From the human T2T-CHM13v2.0 reference genome, Homo sapiens, in NCBI RefSeq assembly GCF_009914755.1, contig NC_060928.1: a stretch of 64,000 bases of DNA. One strand, written 5' to 3'. The notes below the pieces were generated by a model. The model saw nothing but the letters and a program-made list of their open reading frames with translations, was not told the DNA's origin and ran no database searches. This document shows, piece by piece, positions 62,806-64,000 of this stretch. The first letter of the stretch is position 1; every line of letters starts with the position of its first letter. The position numbers and the translations under genes are program-made.

Positions 62806-63075
62806 TGTTGTTTAAGACTTAAAATGAAGGTTAATTATAATGTTTATCTTGAAATCTGGGGAAAACCAGAGGCCCTCTTTTCCAGAGTACAACCCACTGT
62901 GGCATTGCACAATATGCATTGTCTTCCTTCTTTGGGCTGTGAATATATGTTACTAACAAACTACTATGAAGCTCATCTGTACAGTGTTGGGTGCTGTGTG
63001 TTTGACCTGTAGCATAACTTTATGATAGTAAGCTCAAAAACCTAACCATGGGATAAAGAGGTTGAGATCAAAACA
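62806..63075. mobile_element. Short TG...CA solo-LTR-like insertion, family not recognised
   Basis: 270 bp of non-L1 sequence interrupts L1M; begins TGTTG, ends AAACA; flanks ctatc (62801-62805) and ctata (63076-63080). Confidence 0.65.
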
Positions 63076-64000
63076 CTATATCTCTGACAATACAACACAT
63101 TTTTTAATTTTGTAGCTATAAAAGTCTTGAAATTGAGTAGACCAATATATCCCACTTTATTATTCTGCTTCAAAATTATTTTAGCTATTCTAGTTCCTTT
63201 GTTTTTGCACCTACATTTTAGAATAATATTGTCAATAACTAAGAATTCTTGCTGGAACTTTGATAGACAAATTGTTAAACCCACATACCAGTAGGAGGAT
63301 AATTGATAGTTTTGCTATATTGAGTCTTCCAATCCATGAACAGGCTATTTATCTCCATTTGGTTAGGTCTTATTTTATTTCTTTCATTACCAACTGCATA
63401 GTTTCTGCATATAAGTTCTGTTAATGTATTCTTAGTTTTATACCTAAGTATTTTGTTGCTTTGATCTTTTTTAAGCAGTTTTAAATGATACTGCATTTTT
63501 AATTTTAACATCAATGTGCTCATTGCTAGTTATAGAAATGCAATTCATTTTTGTAGGTTGGTCTTGTATTCTGTCACCTTTCCAAATAAACCTGCTAGTT
63601 CTAGGAACATTTTTTAAAAAGAGAATTATTGGAATTTTCTAGGTAGAAAATTGTGTCATCTGTAAATAGTTTTTCTTATTTGTTTTTGATTTGTATCCCT
63701 TCTATTGGTCTTTCTTGACAGATTTCACTGACTAGAATTACCAGTACTATGTCAAATAAGAGTGACTAGTTTGGACATATTTTTTCACAATCCTGGTAGA
63801 ATAAAAGCATTCATTTTTTCATGGTTAAGTATATGACTGGTAGGTTTTATTGAGTTTATTTGTTTTGCTTTGTTTTTTGTAAATCCTCTTTATATAGGAA
63901 ATTCTACTCTATTTCTATTTTTCTGACATTTCTTAACAAAAATTATGAATGAGTGTTGAATTTTGTCAAATGCTTTTTCTATACCAATTGATATAATCTT

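Larger units (their letters stand above)
61975..64000 (-). mobile_element. Old L1M ORF2 region, interrupted twice; runs off the right edge
   Basis: Minus-strand translations (KGTRIAKIILKQNNKVG...NFKT) are L1 ORF2p-like; gttgaattttgtcaaatgctttttct near the end. Confidence 0.8.

Overview
This is primate (human-like), AT-rich, repeat-dense genomic DNA with no recognisable host protein-coding exon, RNA gene or CpG island, typical of an L1-rich gene-poor or intronic region. Most of the window is stacked transposable elements. There are six primate L1PA insertions: one near full-length, one nested inside it, and two with twin-priming 5' inversions. There are also older L1M, L2 and MIR fragments, eight Alus plus one Alu tail fragment, a complete THE1A provirus, several MaLR/ERVL/ERV1 solo LTRs, and MER44 and MER58 DNA-transposon derivatives. 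Every long ORF in the supplied track is a broken L1 or MaLR ORF, an antisense repeat frame or a low-complexity artefact. I found no evidence of a new biological system. The most unusual signals are small: a perfect 21+1+21 bp palindrome exactly at the broken 5' end of the large L1, two short insertions inside L1s that look copied from nearby DNA, overlapping Alu/L1 target-site duplications (TSDs), a 270-bp TG...CA element I cannot name, and several LTRs with DUX4-type motifs. Subfamily names come from remembered consensus sequences and need RepeatMasker/Dfam confirmation.
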